A DNA stretch of 35,935 bases from an uncultured Nitrososphaeraceae archaeon (GCA_963837175.1 CAWIMJ010000015.1:1-35935); one strand, 5' to 3'; shown: positions 1 to 9,610, counted from the first letter of the stretch. The notes: a model not told the origin generated them from the letters alone. Numbers and translations: made by a program.

Positions 1-51
1 TACCCATATGTGTGAGAGGTTGCGATAACCTTTTGAGTATAAAAATGTCAT

Positions 52-202
52 TTCTTAATAAAAAATGGACGCTTTAGGCTTGAGTATGATTTATTTTCTT
101 AAGAATTTTCTTAAGAAGATTTTTGTTAACAAGCAAGGCTTGCGATTGGATTTCTTAAGATTGAAATTTTTTTATTAAGAAAGCATATTAGCTTATTAAG
201 AA
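52..202. repeat. Array of seven 10-bp (near-)palindromes TTNTTAANAA upstream of the integrase
   Basis: TTCTTAATAA 52, TTCTTAAGAA 96 and 108, TTGTTAACAA 123, TTCTTAAGAT 152, TTATTAAGAA 172 and 193. AGG(C)TTG recurs at 17, 76 and 136 (about 60-bp spacing). Confidence 0.7.
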
Positions 203-273
203 AAGCTAATGACAGACCTATTACTGGTTTTGGAAACCATAATGCTTATTATCATGGATTTCTTACTATTACT

Positions 274-1389
274 ATGGAATTACAGCATAAGGAAGTAATA
301 GTCCAAAAGCATAAGGAATGGGTAAGTGTTGGTGCAAGTATAAGAAAAAATGAAATAGATCTTTTCAATAAGCAACTTGACAATCTAAGATGTGAAACTC
401 TAAAGGATTTGTGTAGTCTGTTGATAGCCGGAAAACTTAGACTAGTAACAGATGATGAGCAAGTTCAAATAATGAAAGCACAGACTCAATCAACAGGCCT
501 CCTTACTTCACAAATAAGCGACAAGTTTAATTTTTGGAAACAAATAGATGATGAAGATTTCCATAAATGGCTTTTGGGAAAATATCATCCACATACCGCA
601 AACTGTTTGCATAGTTATTATATCCGGTACGTCGAGATTTTCTTTAATCCTAATCCTGACGTTGAACTTTTCAAATGCACTAATCCTAAACGTTCTTGGA
701 TTTTGCAAGCAATAAAGCGATTTGCAGACTATTACGTCAATAGATATGGAAACAAGGATGTGAAGCATTTAATTTCAAGAATAATCGAGCGATATGAACT
801 CAACAGAGGCTTGGACCATAAAGATCGTATCTATCTAGTCAGTCCAAACTTTGTTGAAGACAAAATAAACAAAATAATGAGTATACCTAGTGATATCGGG
901 TTCACTTGCAGAATTGGCTTGTTTTCAGGATTGCGTGAAGATGAAATAATTTACATTAGAGTAAATCCGATATGCGACCAATCCTTTGGTTGTCAATGTG
1001 ATAAACTTCATGTTGCAAACTGTGGGAATGGATTGTCAGTTATTACAATAAATTGGATAAGAGGTAATAAGAAGGCATTAGCAACAGTTATTCCAACTGT
1101 ATATTGGGAAAAGTTAAGGAACATGCCAAAATTCGATCAATACGATATACAAGCTGCACATAAAATATTGAAGAGAGAAGCAGGTATTGCCTATGTCATA
1201 TTGAGAAAAATACATTACAATGTTATGCGGTTCAAGAATGCCATAGAATTAGATGAGGCGGAGGTATTAGCCGGACGTTTCAAATCAGTTAGTGCTAGAC
1301 ATTATGTATTAAATGATCCTGATAAACTCTCAGGCAAGTACATCTCAGCCTGGCAAAATTTTGGAGTAAATATCGCTGAGAATATGTGA
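274..1389 (+). CDS. Archaeal SSV1-type tyrosine integrase/recombinase with N-terminal extension
   Basis: 371 aa. Motifs FSGLREDE (Arg I), INWIRGNKK, ILRKIHY (Arg II), LAGR and SVSARHY (Tyr nucleophile) match the SSV1-like integrase C-terminal pattern. Confidence 0.8.
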   Translation: MELQHKEVIVQKHKEWVSVGASIRKNEIDLFNKQLDNLRCETLKDLCSLLIAGKLRLVTDDEQVQIMKAQTQSTGLLTSQISDKFNFWKQIDDEDFHKWLLGKYHPHTANCLHSYYIRYVEIFFNPNPDVELFKCTNPKRSWILQAIKRFADYYVNRYGNKDVKHLISRIIERYELNRGLDHKDRIYLVSPNFVEDKINKIMSIPSDIGFTCRIGLFSGLREDEIIYIRVNPICDQSFGCQCDKLHVANCGNGLSVITINWIRGNKKALATVIPTVYWEKLRNMPKFDQYDIQAAHKILKREAGIAYVILRKIHYNVMRFKNAIELDEAEVLAGRFKSVSARHYVLNDPDKLSGKYISAWQNFGVNIAENM

Positions 1390-1518
1390 AGGTCGGCTTA
1401 AGTCAAGGAGAGTATCTGAATATTAATATTTATTTACTTGTGTGTACTCAACGCCATTAATACCCATTATCATGGTTGTGGATAACCTGATATACTTACC
1501 ATAATATTTTTTAAAATA

Positions 1519-1896
1519 ATGGGAAAGAAAACAATTGAAAAGATAAATTCAGATGATCTGTGGGAAAGCATTGCTAAACAGTATGAATTTATAGAAGGTG
1601 CACAAATGTCAAACAGCTTTATTATACTAATGGCCTTAAATGAATCACAACCATTAAGCACAACTCAAATATCAGAAAAAATTGCAACAAATTCAAAAGG
1701 TCAGTTATTCAAAATTTCTGGAGCGCTCAAAGATTCATTAGAGAATAGACTACGAAAAGCTGGATATGTTGATGGTACGGATATTCCAAATGAAAAAACT
1801 GATAGAAAACCAATTAGAATGACTTTGTATTCGATAACACCAAAGGGTCAAAAGCTGTTGAAGGGCTGGTTGGCATTCCTTTTAGCGTTGACATAA
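1519..1896 (+). CDS. Winged-helix (PadR/MarR-like) DNA-binding protein, paralogue 1
   Basis: 125 aa. PLSTTQISEKI helix, RLRKAGYV and LYSITPKG wing motif; clearly homologous to 3347..3784. Confidence 0.8.
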   Translation: MGKKTIEKINSDDLWESIAKQYEFIEGAQMSNSFIILMALNESQPLSTTQISEKIATNSKGQLFKISGALKDSLENRLRKAGYVDGTDIPNEKTDRKPIRMTLYSITPKGQKLLKGWLAFLLALT

Positions 1897-2155
1897 TAAT
1901 GCTCCATATATTCTAAGAATTAGTGTAGTTCTAATTCAACTAATTAGAATAAATAGCATTAAAATAATAGATATTAAAAAGGTATGCCATGGACTTGCAT
2001 GCATGAGTACACGCTTAATCAAAAGATAAGACGACATTGTATTGATTTATTGTCTCATTTTCAAAATCGCGAAAAGCTTGGATTGAAAATCTCCTGTATT
2101 ACAAATTGATAAAGAACCTTTTTACTTGAATATTATTTCTTATAGTATGACGTCG

Positions 2156-3310
2156 TAAGTCAAGTGTCATAGTATCTGTCGTTATTCCATCTTCCAAATC
2201 TTTTGTCCAGATATTCTGATACTGAGGCCTTCTGGTCTTCTATATTTTCATAAAACCTATTTGCACATACATCTGATTTTATTCTTTCATTTACCTTTCT
2301 TTCATTCGGATTCAGATACGGAGTCTTCTTTGGAAGATGGATTATGGTCAACCAATCATTCTGTGTCTTGATATATTCACAAACCATTCTGCTTATATGA
2401 AATGAAGCATTATCCCATATCAGTGTCAGTCTTTTCCATCTAGTGTTCATGACATATCTCCTTAGATTCTCCAGATGATCTATGGTGTTATTAGAGTTCA
2501 TAACGTCGTAGAAGTCATACATTAACTTCTGATCTGGCCATAGCATAGATATGTATGCAGAGAACTTCTTCCTGCTACCATTGTGTTCTATCTTATGTTG
2601 TTCTCCTTCAAAGCTCATGGATTTTATGATACATGGCTTTTGTGTTATTGTAGTTTCATCTTCAAATGCTAATATGACTCCTTTTTTTAAGAGCTAAAGC
2701 TACCTGCTTGTAGTTATCTATTTTTTCTTTGCCTTCTTCGTAATCAGGTCCATGCAGTAGTTCCAATTTTGGTCTTTTACATCTAAATCCTAAGTCTCTG
2801 GTTATGCGTTGTAGATGTTTGAAACTGATGGGAATATCAAGCTCATCTGTAAGGCATCTTGCAAGTGATTCTTAGGCTCCAAGTATTTCTGAGATAACCA
2901 AAGATATGTGGATCATTAAATAATGCTGAAACAATGATCTCTTTATCGCTATCAGTTATCCTAGATTTTGCTCCACCAGGTTTCTTGTTTTTTAATCCAT
3001 CGATTCCTTTCTTAATGTAGGCGGCAATCCATCTTTGTACGGATCTACTGTTAATTCCATGCTCCTTTGCTATGTCATGATATGTTCTACCTTCTCCTTT
3101 TTGTAATATAGCCAACAACTTGCGATACTCATTTTTGTTATCCGTAGTCTTCATGGATGACTTTAACATGTTCTTTTGTTCTATAGTAAGTCCCAGAGCA
3201 GAAGGATGATTCATAAAATGAAGATATACTACATATGTTAAGCTTTATTCCTACAAAAACCTAGACCAAGTAGTAAACAAAATACGACATGGATTTTGAC
3301 ACTTCACTTA
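2156..3310 (-). mobile_element. IS630-family insertion sequence
   Basis: Ends TAAGTCAAGTGTCATA and reverse complement TAAGTGAAGTGTCAAA (14/16 match) including the TA target duplication; encloses the transposase. Confidence 0.85.
2160..3214 (-). pseudogene. IS630 transposase (HTH + DDE), frameshifted
   Basis: N-terminal HTH (RSVQRWIAAY...G..GL) and DDE domain (FEDET, IWDNASFH, YLNPNE). Slippery AAAAAAAG site near 2680-2690 is typical of IS630; there is an extra +1 indel near 2870 (WSLR|SLAR). Confidence 0.85.
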
Positions 3311-3346
3311 GCATTTTTAAATAATATCTAGGTTTTACCTAAGGCA

Positions 3347-3784
3347 GTGCACAACCAAAAGGCTGCTGAAAATACCCCAAAAAACTTTGAAAAACAAAAG
3401 AAGAAACAGCACCTAAAAGAGTCTGATCATACTAATCAAAAGATATGGGATTCTATTGCAAAAAATTACGATATGATACAAGGTGCACAGCTTTCAAACA
3501 GTTTCATAACACTTATGGCCCTAAGTGAGGCTAATGAACCACTTAATACAACACAAATCTCTGAAATAATTTCCTTACATACAAAAGGACAGATATACAA
3601 AATTTCTGCAACTCTTAAGGATTCATTAGAGCATAGACTTAAGAGAGAAGGATATGTCGAAGGTATTGACGTACCTACCCAGGAAGGTTCACGAAAGGCG
3701 GTGAAAAAGAGTTTGTATTCGATTACCCCCAAGGGAAGAAATCTGTTAAAAGGCTGGATTAGTTTTCTATCAGCATATTCTTAA
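3347..3784 (+). CDS. Winged-helix (PadR/MarR-like) DNA-binding protein, paralogue 2
   Basis: 145 aa. IWDSIAKNY..IQGAQLSNSFI, PLNTTQISE, LKDSLEHRL and LYSITPKG..LLKGW all align with 1519..1896. Confidence 0.8.
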   Translation: MHNQKAAENTPKNFEKQKKKQHLKESDHTNQKIWDSIAKNYDMIQGAQLSNSFITLMALSEANEPLNTTQISEIISLHTKGQIYKISATLKDSLEHRLKREGYVEGIDVPTQEGSRKAVKKSLYSITPKGRNLLKGWISFLSAYS

Positions 3785-3904
3785 AAGAAATGAAATAACA
3801 CAATTCTAATAGATTCATGTAAAATAATGTATTATAATATTATAATTTTCATCATCACTTACTGCATTGATAGTTATTGTTTCCCTCGAATAGTAACAGT
3901 GTCC

Positions 3905-3955
3905 CCCGTCATTTGTTGGTCAGATAATCGTCATTTTATCGTCAAATAATCGTCA
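3905..3955 (+). repeat. Five helically phased GTCA-core direct repeats (11-bp period)
   Basis: CCCGTCA 3905, TTGGTCA 3916, ATCGTCA 3927, 3938 and 3949; followed by TATA-like AATATATA at 3961. Confidence 0.75.
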
Positions 3956-4019
3956 GATTCAATATATACGCTGATATGACATTTGCATTTTAATAAATAA
4001 AATCATCAACAAATAAATC

Positions 4020-4745
4020 ATGCAAAATCTTATAAAGAAATTGGAAAATATTAAAAGTATATTGGGACGAAAAGTACCAAAATCTATCAAACAACGAGTC
4101 ATTAAGCAATGGCTTCAAGGTATCTCTAGAGATCAGATTGCCAAAGATAATGACAAAGGAGCTGGAACTGTAAGTACTATTATAAAAGATGCTAGACAAG
4201 AGATTCCAGACATTGACTTACTCAGAGAAGTGGCTATAATCGTAAAGAAGAATTATGACTTGGATGTGTCTGTACTTGCATCCTCTATCAGAATAAAAAA
4301 CACATTAGATGGGATGGATTTAAATGAAGATCAGGTAGAATCATTCATTGAAAATATCATTATTTACTGCTTTAAGCATGGTTTGACAGGTGAGAAATTT
4401 CTTAATATTGTAAACAAGGTATGTACCTTATCAGATAACCTTGGACTGCCATTAGATCAGCTGCCTAATCATATCATACAAGAACAGTTAGAGTTGGAGA
4501 AAGTGAAAAAACAAATAGAAGATGCAAAAGTAAAACTACGTCAGGTATTGCAATATTACGATGTAACTACGGATGATCTTGAAGAATACAAAAGAAATAT
4601 ACCGTTAATTGACTATATTAAAACGTTAAAAAACCAATTAGATGAAGCAAAACAAAAAATAATTAATTTGGTTGAAAAACTTAGTGATGAGCAATTAGAG
4701 AGCGCAAAGTGGTTCCAGAAATGGAGAATTTGTTCCTCTCGTTGA
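4020..4745 (+). CDS. HTH + coiled-coil protein, probably C-terminally truncated
   Basis: VIKQWLQGISRDQIAKDNDKGAGTVSTII HTH followed by a long heptad-rich region; distantly similar to the 14228/29941 family. It ends against the integrase shard. Confidence 0.6.
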   Translation: MQNLIKKLENIKSILGRKVPKSIKQRVIKQWLQGISRDQIAKDNDKGAGTVSTIIKDARQEIPDIDLLREVAIIVKKNYDLDVSVLASSIRIKNTLDGMDLNEDQVESFIENIIIYCFKHGLTGEKFLNIVNKVCTLSDNLGLPLDQLPNHIIQEQLELEKVKKQIEDAKVKLRQVLQYYDVTTDDLEEYKRNIPLIDYIKTLKNQLDEAKQKIINLVEKLSDEQLESAKWFQKWRICSSR

Positions 4746-4780
4746 TAACTCTATAAGCTTGCACTCAATAATTGTATAGA

Positions 4781-4917
4781 CTTGCTGTAATCCTAATCAA
4801 TTGGTTCAGAGGTCATAAAAAAGCTATTTCACTATTTTACCAACCATTATGTGGAAGCAATTCAGATATATTCCAAGCTTCAATGATGTTGATCTTGACA
4901 TCGCTTACAAGCTTAAG
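4781..4917 (+). pseudogene. Fragment of a second SSV1-type integrase
   Basis: LAVILINWFRGHK then, after a frameshift in an A run, KSYFTILPTIMWKQFRYIPSFNDVDLDIAYKLK. Aligns with LSVITINWIRGNKKALATVIPTVYWEKLRNMPKFDQYDIQAAHKIL of 274..1389. Confidence 0.75.
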
Positions 4918-5075
4918 TTGTATTATAAGAGACTGTAAAGAAGCTTTTCTAGATGTTATCTTCTTATTTAAAGGAGTCGACTTATAAGGTGACTTATCTT
5001 CATGTACTTTCATAGCCTGTTTCTGATAAGTATTTAATAGTTAAACCGTTACCATATAAAAGAACTAAACTATAA

Positions 5076-5648
5076 ATTTCAATCCTATCTTAGTCAGTTT
5101 CTAACATTCTATTTAGCTCATCTCCATGATTCTGAAGTATTTGTTTCAATCCTATCTTAGTCAGTTTCTAACTTCGTTTGGAACAACCGCAGGAACAACG
5201 ATAAGAGACCAGTTTCAATCCTATCTTAGTCAGTTTCTAACATATCACAAGGATACATGCAGCTTGCAAACCAGTGGCGGTTTCAATCCTATCTTAGTCA
5301 GTTTCTAACGAATACGCTTTGCAACAGAGGCGGCAACCTGAATCGGTTTCAATCCTATCTTAGTCAGTTTCTAACGCGCGGGAGAAATTACGCATATCAT
5401 CATCTTTCATCATCAGTTTCAATCCTATCTTAGTCAGTTTCTAACTGGACTTTTGCTATTCCGTTGCAGTGTCGTCCTTCTAGGTTTCAATCCTATCTTA
5501 GTCAGTTTCTAACATATACAAAGATTTAGTGATAGCGACCATAGACATCTAGTTTCAATCCTATCTTAGTCAGTTTCTAACCGAGCGTTGGTAGGCTCTG
5601 ATGCCACACCAATTCAAGGTTTCAATCCTATCTTAGTCAGTTTCTAAC
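5076..5648 (-). CRISPR. CRISPR array, 9 repeats / 8 spacers, type I-like repeat
   Basis: 30-bp repeat GTTTCAATCCTATCTTAGTCAGTTTCTAAC at 5076 (G>A variant), 5143, 5212, 5280, 5346, 5416, 5484, 5552 and 5619. Unique spacers of 37, 39, 38, 36, 40, 38, 38 and 37 bp. The reverse complement ends in ATTGAAAC and the variant repeat is then the trailer, supporting minus-strand transcription. Confidence 0.98.
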
Positions 5649-5720
5649 ATTTCGCATCCCTCTGGGTTCGCCTATGTATGGGTAATAAAGGAATTAATAA
5701 CGTATAGACATTAAACACAT
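5649..5720 (-). promoter_or_regulatory. Putative (short) CRISPR leader
   Basis: Lies on the side opposite the degenerate repeat; has a small CCC-TCT-GGG inverted repeat and AT-rich TATA-like stretches (TTATTAAT, TTTATTAC on the minus strand). Confidence 0.5.
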
Positions 5721-5722
5721 CT

Positions 5723-5770
5723 TAATGATTCGATAGAAAAAGATTCACCTTTAGCATTGATTGCAGTAGT
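5723..5770 (-). pseudogene. Shard of the small helical 'INAKGE' family gene
   Basis: Translates TTAINAKGESFSIESL, matching TTAINAKGEPFPTEPL of 28019..28335. Confidence 0.65.
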
Positions 5771-6039
5771 TAAGAGTACATATTTGCATTTGAAATAAAT
5801 AAATAATTAGCGCAAATTAATAGCCTATTACATTTTAAAAGTCGTCATCATTACTATGGCGAATAACTAAAGAGAGTTTATAAAACATATAGATAGATAG
5901 ATAGATAGATAACCATGTTAATCCAAACTATGAAATGAAAGAAAAACCTTTAAAGCTTTTATCATCCACTCCACTATCAGTATTTTTGAATATAGTTATG
6001 GTATTGGCTCTGTTAACTTCCATTATCAGTTAAGAATAT

Positions 6040-6260
6040 GATGAGTTCGTTTCTATCAGTTTCTATATGTAGGGATACAAAATAAACATCTGGAGCATCT
6101 ATTGACATGCTCTATGTTACAACCTTTTATTCTACATGGAAAATGATCATCAAAATATTCTGTCGTATTGTTGATCTACTGATTAACCTTTCCATAAACA
6201 AGAGGGTACTCATTTTTAGGAGTTTTGAATATCTATACATAGCCACTCTCAATAACTTGT
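6040..6260 (-). pseudogene. Degraded DDE transposase C-terminus (IS6-like)
   Basis: MER... then TEYFDDHFPCRIKGCNIEHV, with stops and frameshifts; resembles thaumarchaeal IS6-type transposase ends as recalled. Confidence 0.45.
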
Positions 6261-6550
6261 CTTTATGAAGATTTGATATTTGCAATGGATTACTTAGCTT
6301 CATTGATTCATCGATATTTCCTGTCTACAATTCAAATTTAGAAAAATAGCTGATGCTTTGCATATAATAGAACAAACAATTATAATCTTGTGTAGATCGT
6401 AATCAAAATATGAATGCTTCTATAGAGCAAATATAATAAGAATTATGTAAACAGAACACTCTAACTTTAGGTATTAACTAGATAAATGCAAGAATTACTT
6501 AGTTGAACATACAATAATTTAAATTATATTCAACTAAAGAGATACTGATA

Positions 6551-7144
6551 ATGACTGAGGAGGCAGAAAGAGAAGAAATTAAAGACGAAACTCACCAATT
6601 ACAAGATGAAGAACAAGAAGAATTTGAGTCAGAGGACGAGGAGGAGGAGGAAGAAGGAGCTTCTAATCAACATCCACAACAGGGAGAAGGACATCAAATA
6701 AAACTAAAAGAAGAAGAAGAAGAATTGCAAAAAAGAGTACAAGCAAAAGCAGAGGACATAGGAGGAGGAGGAGGCATTATCAGGGAGGTGTCCGAAGAAG
6801 AAATACTTCCTATAGAAAAGGAGAAGAAATATAACGAGGATTCAAAAAAAGGAAAACAAAAGATAAAGAAAGTTAAGGCAAAAGTTAAAGCTACCAAGAA
6901 AGAATATGATAATAATAATGATTTAGCAAGCCTATCAAGACAAATTGAAAAACAGGCAAACCAAATATCAAGAATAGAAAAAATAGTTCAGCCATTACAA
7001 AAATATGTCAAAAACGTAGATATGCAATTGCAGATGGTAAAACAGATTAATGAATCAGTGAAGCAATTACAAAGACAGTTAGTACAAATTCAAAAATCCA
7101 TTGTAAAGAGTAATAGTAACAGTAGAAGAAAAAAAGGAAAGTAA
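6551..7144 (+). CDS. Low-complexity acidic/basic coiled-coil protein
   Basis: 197 aa. Glu-rich N-terminus, Lys-rich linker, C-terminal heptad repeats. Confidence 0.65.
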   Translation: MTEEAEREEIKDETHQLQDEEQEEFESEDEEEEEEGASNQHPQQGEGHQIKLKEEEEELQKRVQAKAEDIGGGGGIIREVSEEEILPIEKEKKYNEDSKKGKQKIKKVKAKVKATKKEYDNNNDLASLSRQIEKQANQISRIEKIVQPLQKYVKNVDMQLQMVKQINESVKQLQRQLVQIQKSIVKSNSNSRRKKGK

Positions 7145-7429
7145 AATCTATTGTCTCTTGATTGTTGACATTTTTCAAAAAATCGAGGTTTTAATTATTA
7201 TCTCTGCAGAATCATCGATAGATTTCATATTTTACTTTATCATAATATTGTATATGATCTAATGAATTACAAAGTGTAAAAACCATACTCTACAGACAAA
7301 CAAAATCAGGAAAGAGACATATTATCAGTTTAGAGTAGCATATCCTTAACTTATTATTGTAGCGTACAGCTTGGTAATTCTGGGTTAGTATAATAATAAT
7401 CTGAAAAGTATTTCAGCCCACTCCTGTCA

Positions 7430-8110
7430 TCGTTATTGACTTTCCTGAGCATGCTAAGTGTGGCATAAACCATCATCTATGAACAAAGGGGTAGTACCAC
7501 GCTCAGGTATTGATATACAGATGCCAGATTGGGATTGAGTCATACCGAGCAATGCATATTGGATATGAACTCCACATAACATCAAGTATTGTTTCGCTCA
7601 TAGTACCGTTATCAGCAGATTTTACTCAGACTGATGTACAAGATAATCAATTGTATCCTGCAATAACATGTACTCTTCTTAAAGTAGTGCGTTACATAGC
7701 GTCTGTTTCTGGATATGATGACCATAAGCTGTATAATCTAAACATAGACAGAGGATTTGAATTAGTATGTCCGGTATCAGAAATAACAGAAGAAAAGTAT
7801 GCTTTATTGTTTCAAATACTATACAGGACTTAACAGAAGAGCGTGTTAAATACAAGAATGCTGGTTTAGAAGTTGAAAGTCAGGCAATCATTACAAGCAT
7901 ACCAAGATAAAATAACAAGTTATATGATTATGGCATTACTTTATCTATAATTAGAGAATCTGTCAAACCTTATGCTTTGTTGCATAACTAAAGAAATCGC
8001 AATTGTTAAGCGTTTTCAGCATTATTCGATTTACATTTAGAATGTATTCTTACCTATAGAATAAGGATTTTTTAACATTAATGACTAATATCAGAGTTAT
8101 GCAACAAAGC
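7430..8110 (+). pseudogene. Degraded DDE transposase (IS5/IS1182-like)
   Basis: VWHK..SMNKGVVPRSGID, GYELHITSS..IVPLSADFTQTDVQDNQ and SGYDDHKLY across frameshifts; IS-end-like GTTATGCAAC near 8096. Confidence 0.6.
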
Positions 8111-8199
8111 AAAACCTTACTCTGAATTCATTAGCGGGGACATCTTTCGTCTTCTCCCACACCCTCTTAATTTCGGTATTGTCATTATTGTTTCCATCG

Positions 8200-8480
8200 G
8201 ATAGTAGCAGAGTTTGCTTCTCCTTTGAAATTAGCTGCATAGAAGATCACTTGTTCTTCGAATTTGGCTTCAGCGAAGTTTGTGCCAGCTTTGAAAGTAG
8301 AAAAAGAGAAGTTTGCCTCTTCTTGGAATTGAGACTCACTGAATTTTATTAAGCCTCCTTGGAATTTAGTTTCAGAAAAATTAGATTTTTTGAATTGAGA
8401 TTTATGAAAATTAACCCCTAGAGGAAATTGTCTTTTACTAAAATCTATCTCTGTTTGAAATTTAGCTTCATGGAAGTCAA
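8200..8480 (-). pseudogene. Pentapeptide-repeat protein fragment
   Basis: Start-less open frame DFHEAKFQTEIDFSKRQF...ANFSFSTFKAGTNFAEAKFEEQVIFYAANFKGEAN, with Phe every 5-6 residues. Confidence 0.75.
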
Positions 8481-8517
8481 TTTAATAATAAGAAATAATG
8501 CAGTAGACTTAATACTA

Positions 8518-9489
8518 TTATTGAGCCTTCTTCTCTATTGTCCTTCTTGTACGCTCAATTAGATTCATCAACTGATAACCATATTCAAGGTTGTGTTTAA
8601 CATGATTGATACCATGGGAAGCATCAGCTATGAATTTATTATCAAGGATATTTTCAATATAGACTCTGACTCTTTTTACAGAGTTAGCAGCACGTCCAAA
8701 TTGATAAGCTGCAATCTCTCTACCAAGTTGCGTTTCTATTTCCTGTCTAAATTCTTGTCCTGAGCCTTCTATTATTAGTCTGCTATATTTTTGTAATCGA
8801 CTATAGTTGCGGCATATTTCACTTATCCGCTTCAGGTCTGAATCCTGCAATCTTGATAGCGATTCTTCTAGCTCTTTTCTTTCTCTATTTGTTATCTGAG
8901 CAAGCCTTTCAACAAGGTCCTTATTCGATAATAAGAGTCTCTCCTTATGTATAGTGGCTGCTGTCGTTGAAGTTGCTATCACAGTTACCTGTGTTTTCCA
9001 TTCCTTTTTCTGTTCTTCTCTAGTCATCGTTGATTGCTGTTTCCTTAATTGATAATATTTCTCAATACCGATTGAACTTACTTTAGTGCCTTTAGTATCA
9101 ATACCTTGGTTAATAATAGAAATAACATCGACGACAATTGTTGGAAAGTTTAACTTTAGACTATGACTGAAGTTTTCATAGTTTTCTATAATATCTCTAT
9201 AGATCTTGAGGATTACATTGTTTATTATTTGTGAACTCATTCTTTTCTCTTCTATACCTTTTGCAGATAATGTCAGAAAGTCAGACAATTGTGATTGGGA
9301 AAAGACATAGGAAGCCAGTGAAGAATATGCATTTGCTATAATCTTTATAGCTTTAATCCATTCGTTACTAAGATTTCCCGATTCTTTTGGATCTTTTTGT
9401 ACAAGTTCCAAGGCATCACGATAAATTTCGTTATCTTTTTCTATCTTTAATATATTAAGACAATGAAGTAGTGTTTCCATGAGTGGCAT
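8518..9489 (-). CDS. Helical hypothetical protein ending in an HD-domain-like first motif
   Basis: 323-aa intact ORF; C-terminal SHGINHVKHNLEYG resembles HD motif I, but no HD dyad follows. Confidence 0.7.
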   Translation of the reverse strand: MPLMETLLHCLNILKIEKDNEIYRDALELVQKDPKESGNLSNEWIKAIKIIANAYSSLASYVFSQSQLSDFLTLSAKGIEEKRMSSQIINNVILKIYRDIIENYENFSHSLKLNFPTIVVDVISIINQGIDTKGTKVSSIGIEKYYQLRKQQSTMTREEQKKEWKTQVTVIATSTTAATIHKERLLLSNKDLVERLAQITNRERKELEESLSRLQDSDLKRISEICRNYSRLQKYSRLIIEGSGQEFRQEIETQLGREIAAYQFGRAANSVKRVRVYIENILDNKFIADASHGINHVKHNLEYGYQLMNLIERTRRTIEKKAQ

Positions 9490-9610
9490 ACGTCAATAAT
9501 TTATATGATATTCAGACCTTTATGCTTCGAATACAAATGTTCTTGATCATAGTAATGTACTATCTTTTTAATCATATATCCTAGAACTATTCCCTTCTCG
9601 ATTTAAGGTC

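Noticed and set aside
5126-5308. 60-aa ORF with repeated FQSYLSQFLT
   Set aside because: It is a translation of the CRISPR repeats.
5649-5715. Possible ninth spacer plus degenerate tenth repeat
   Set aside because: No sequence resembling the repeat follows; a leader fits the orientation better.
5889-5911. (GATA)5 microsatellite
   Set aside because: Short slippage repeat with no supporting context.
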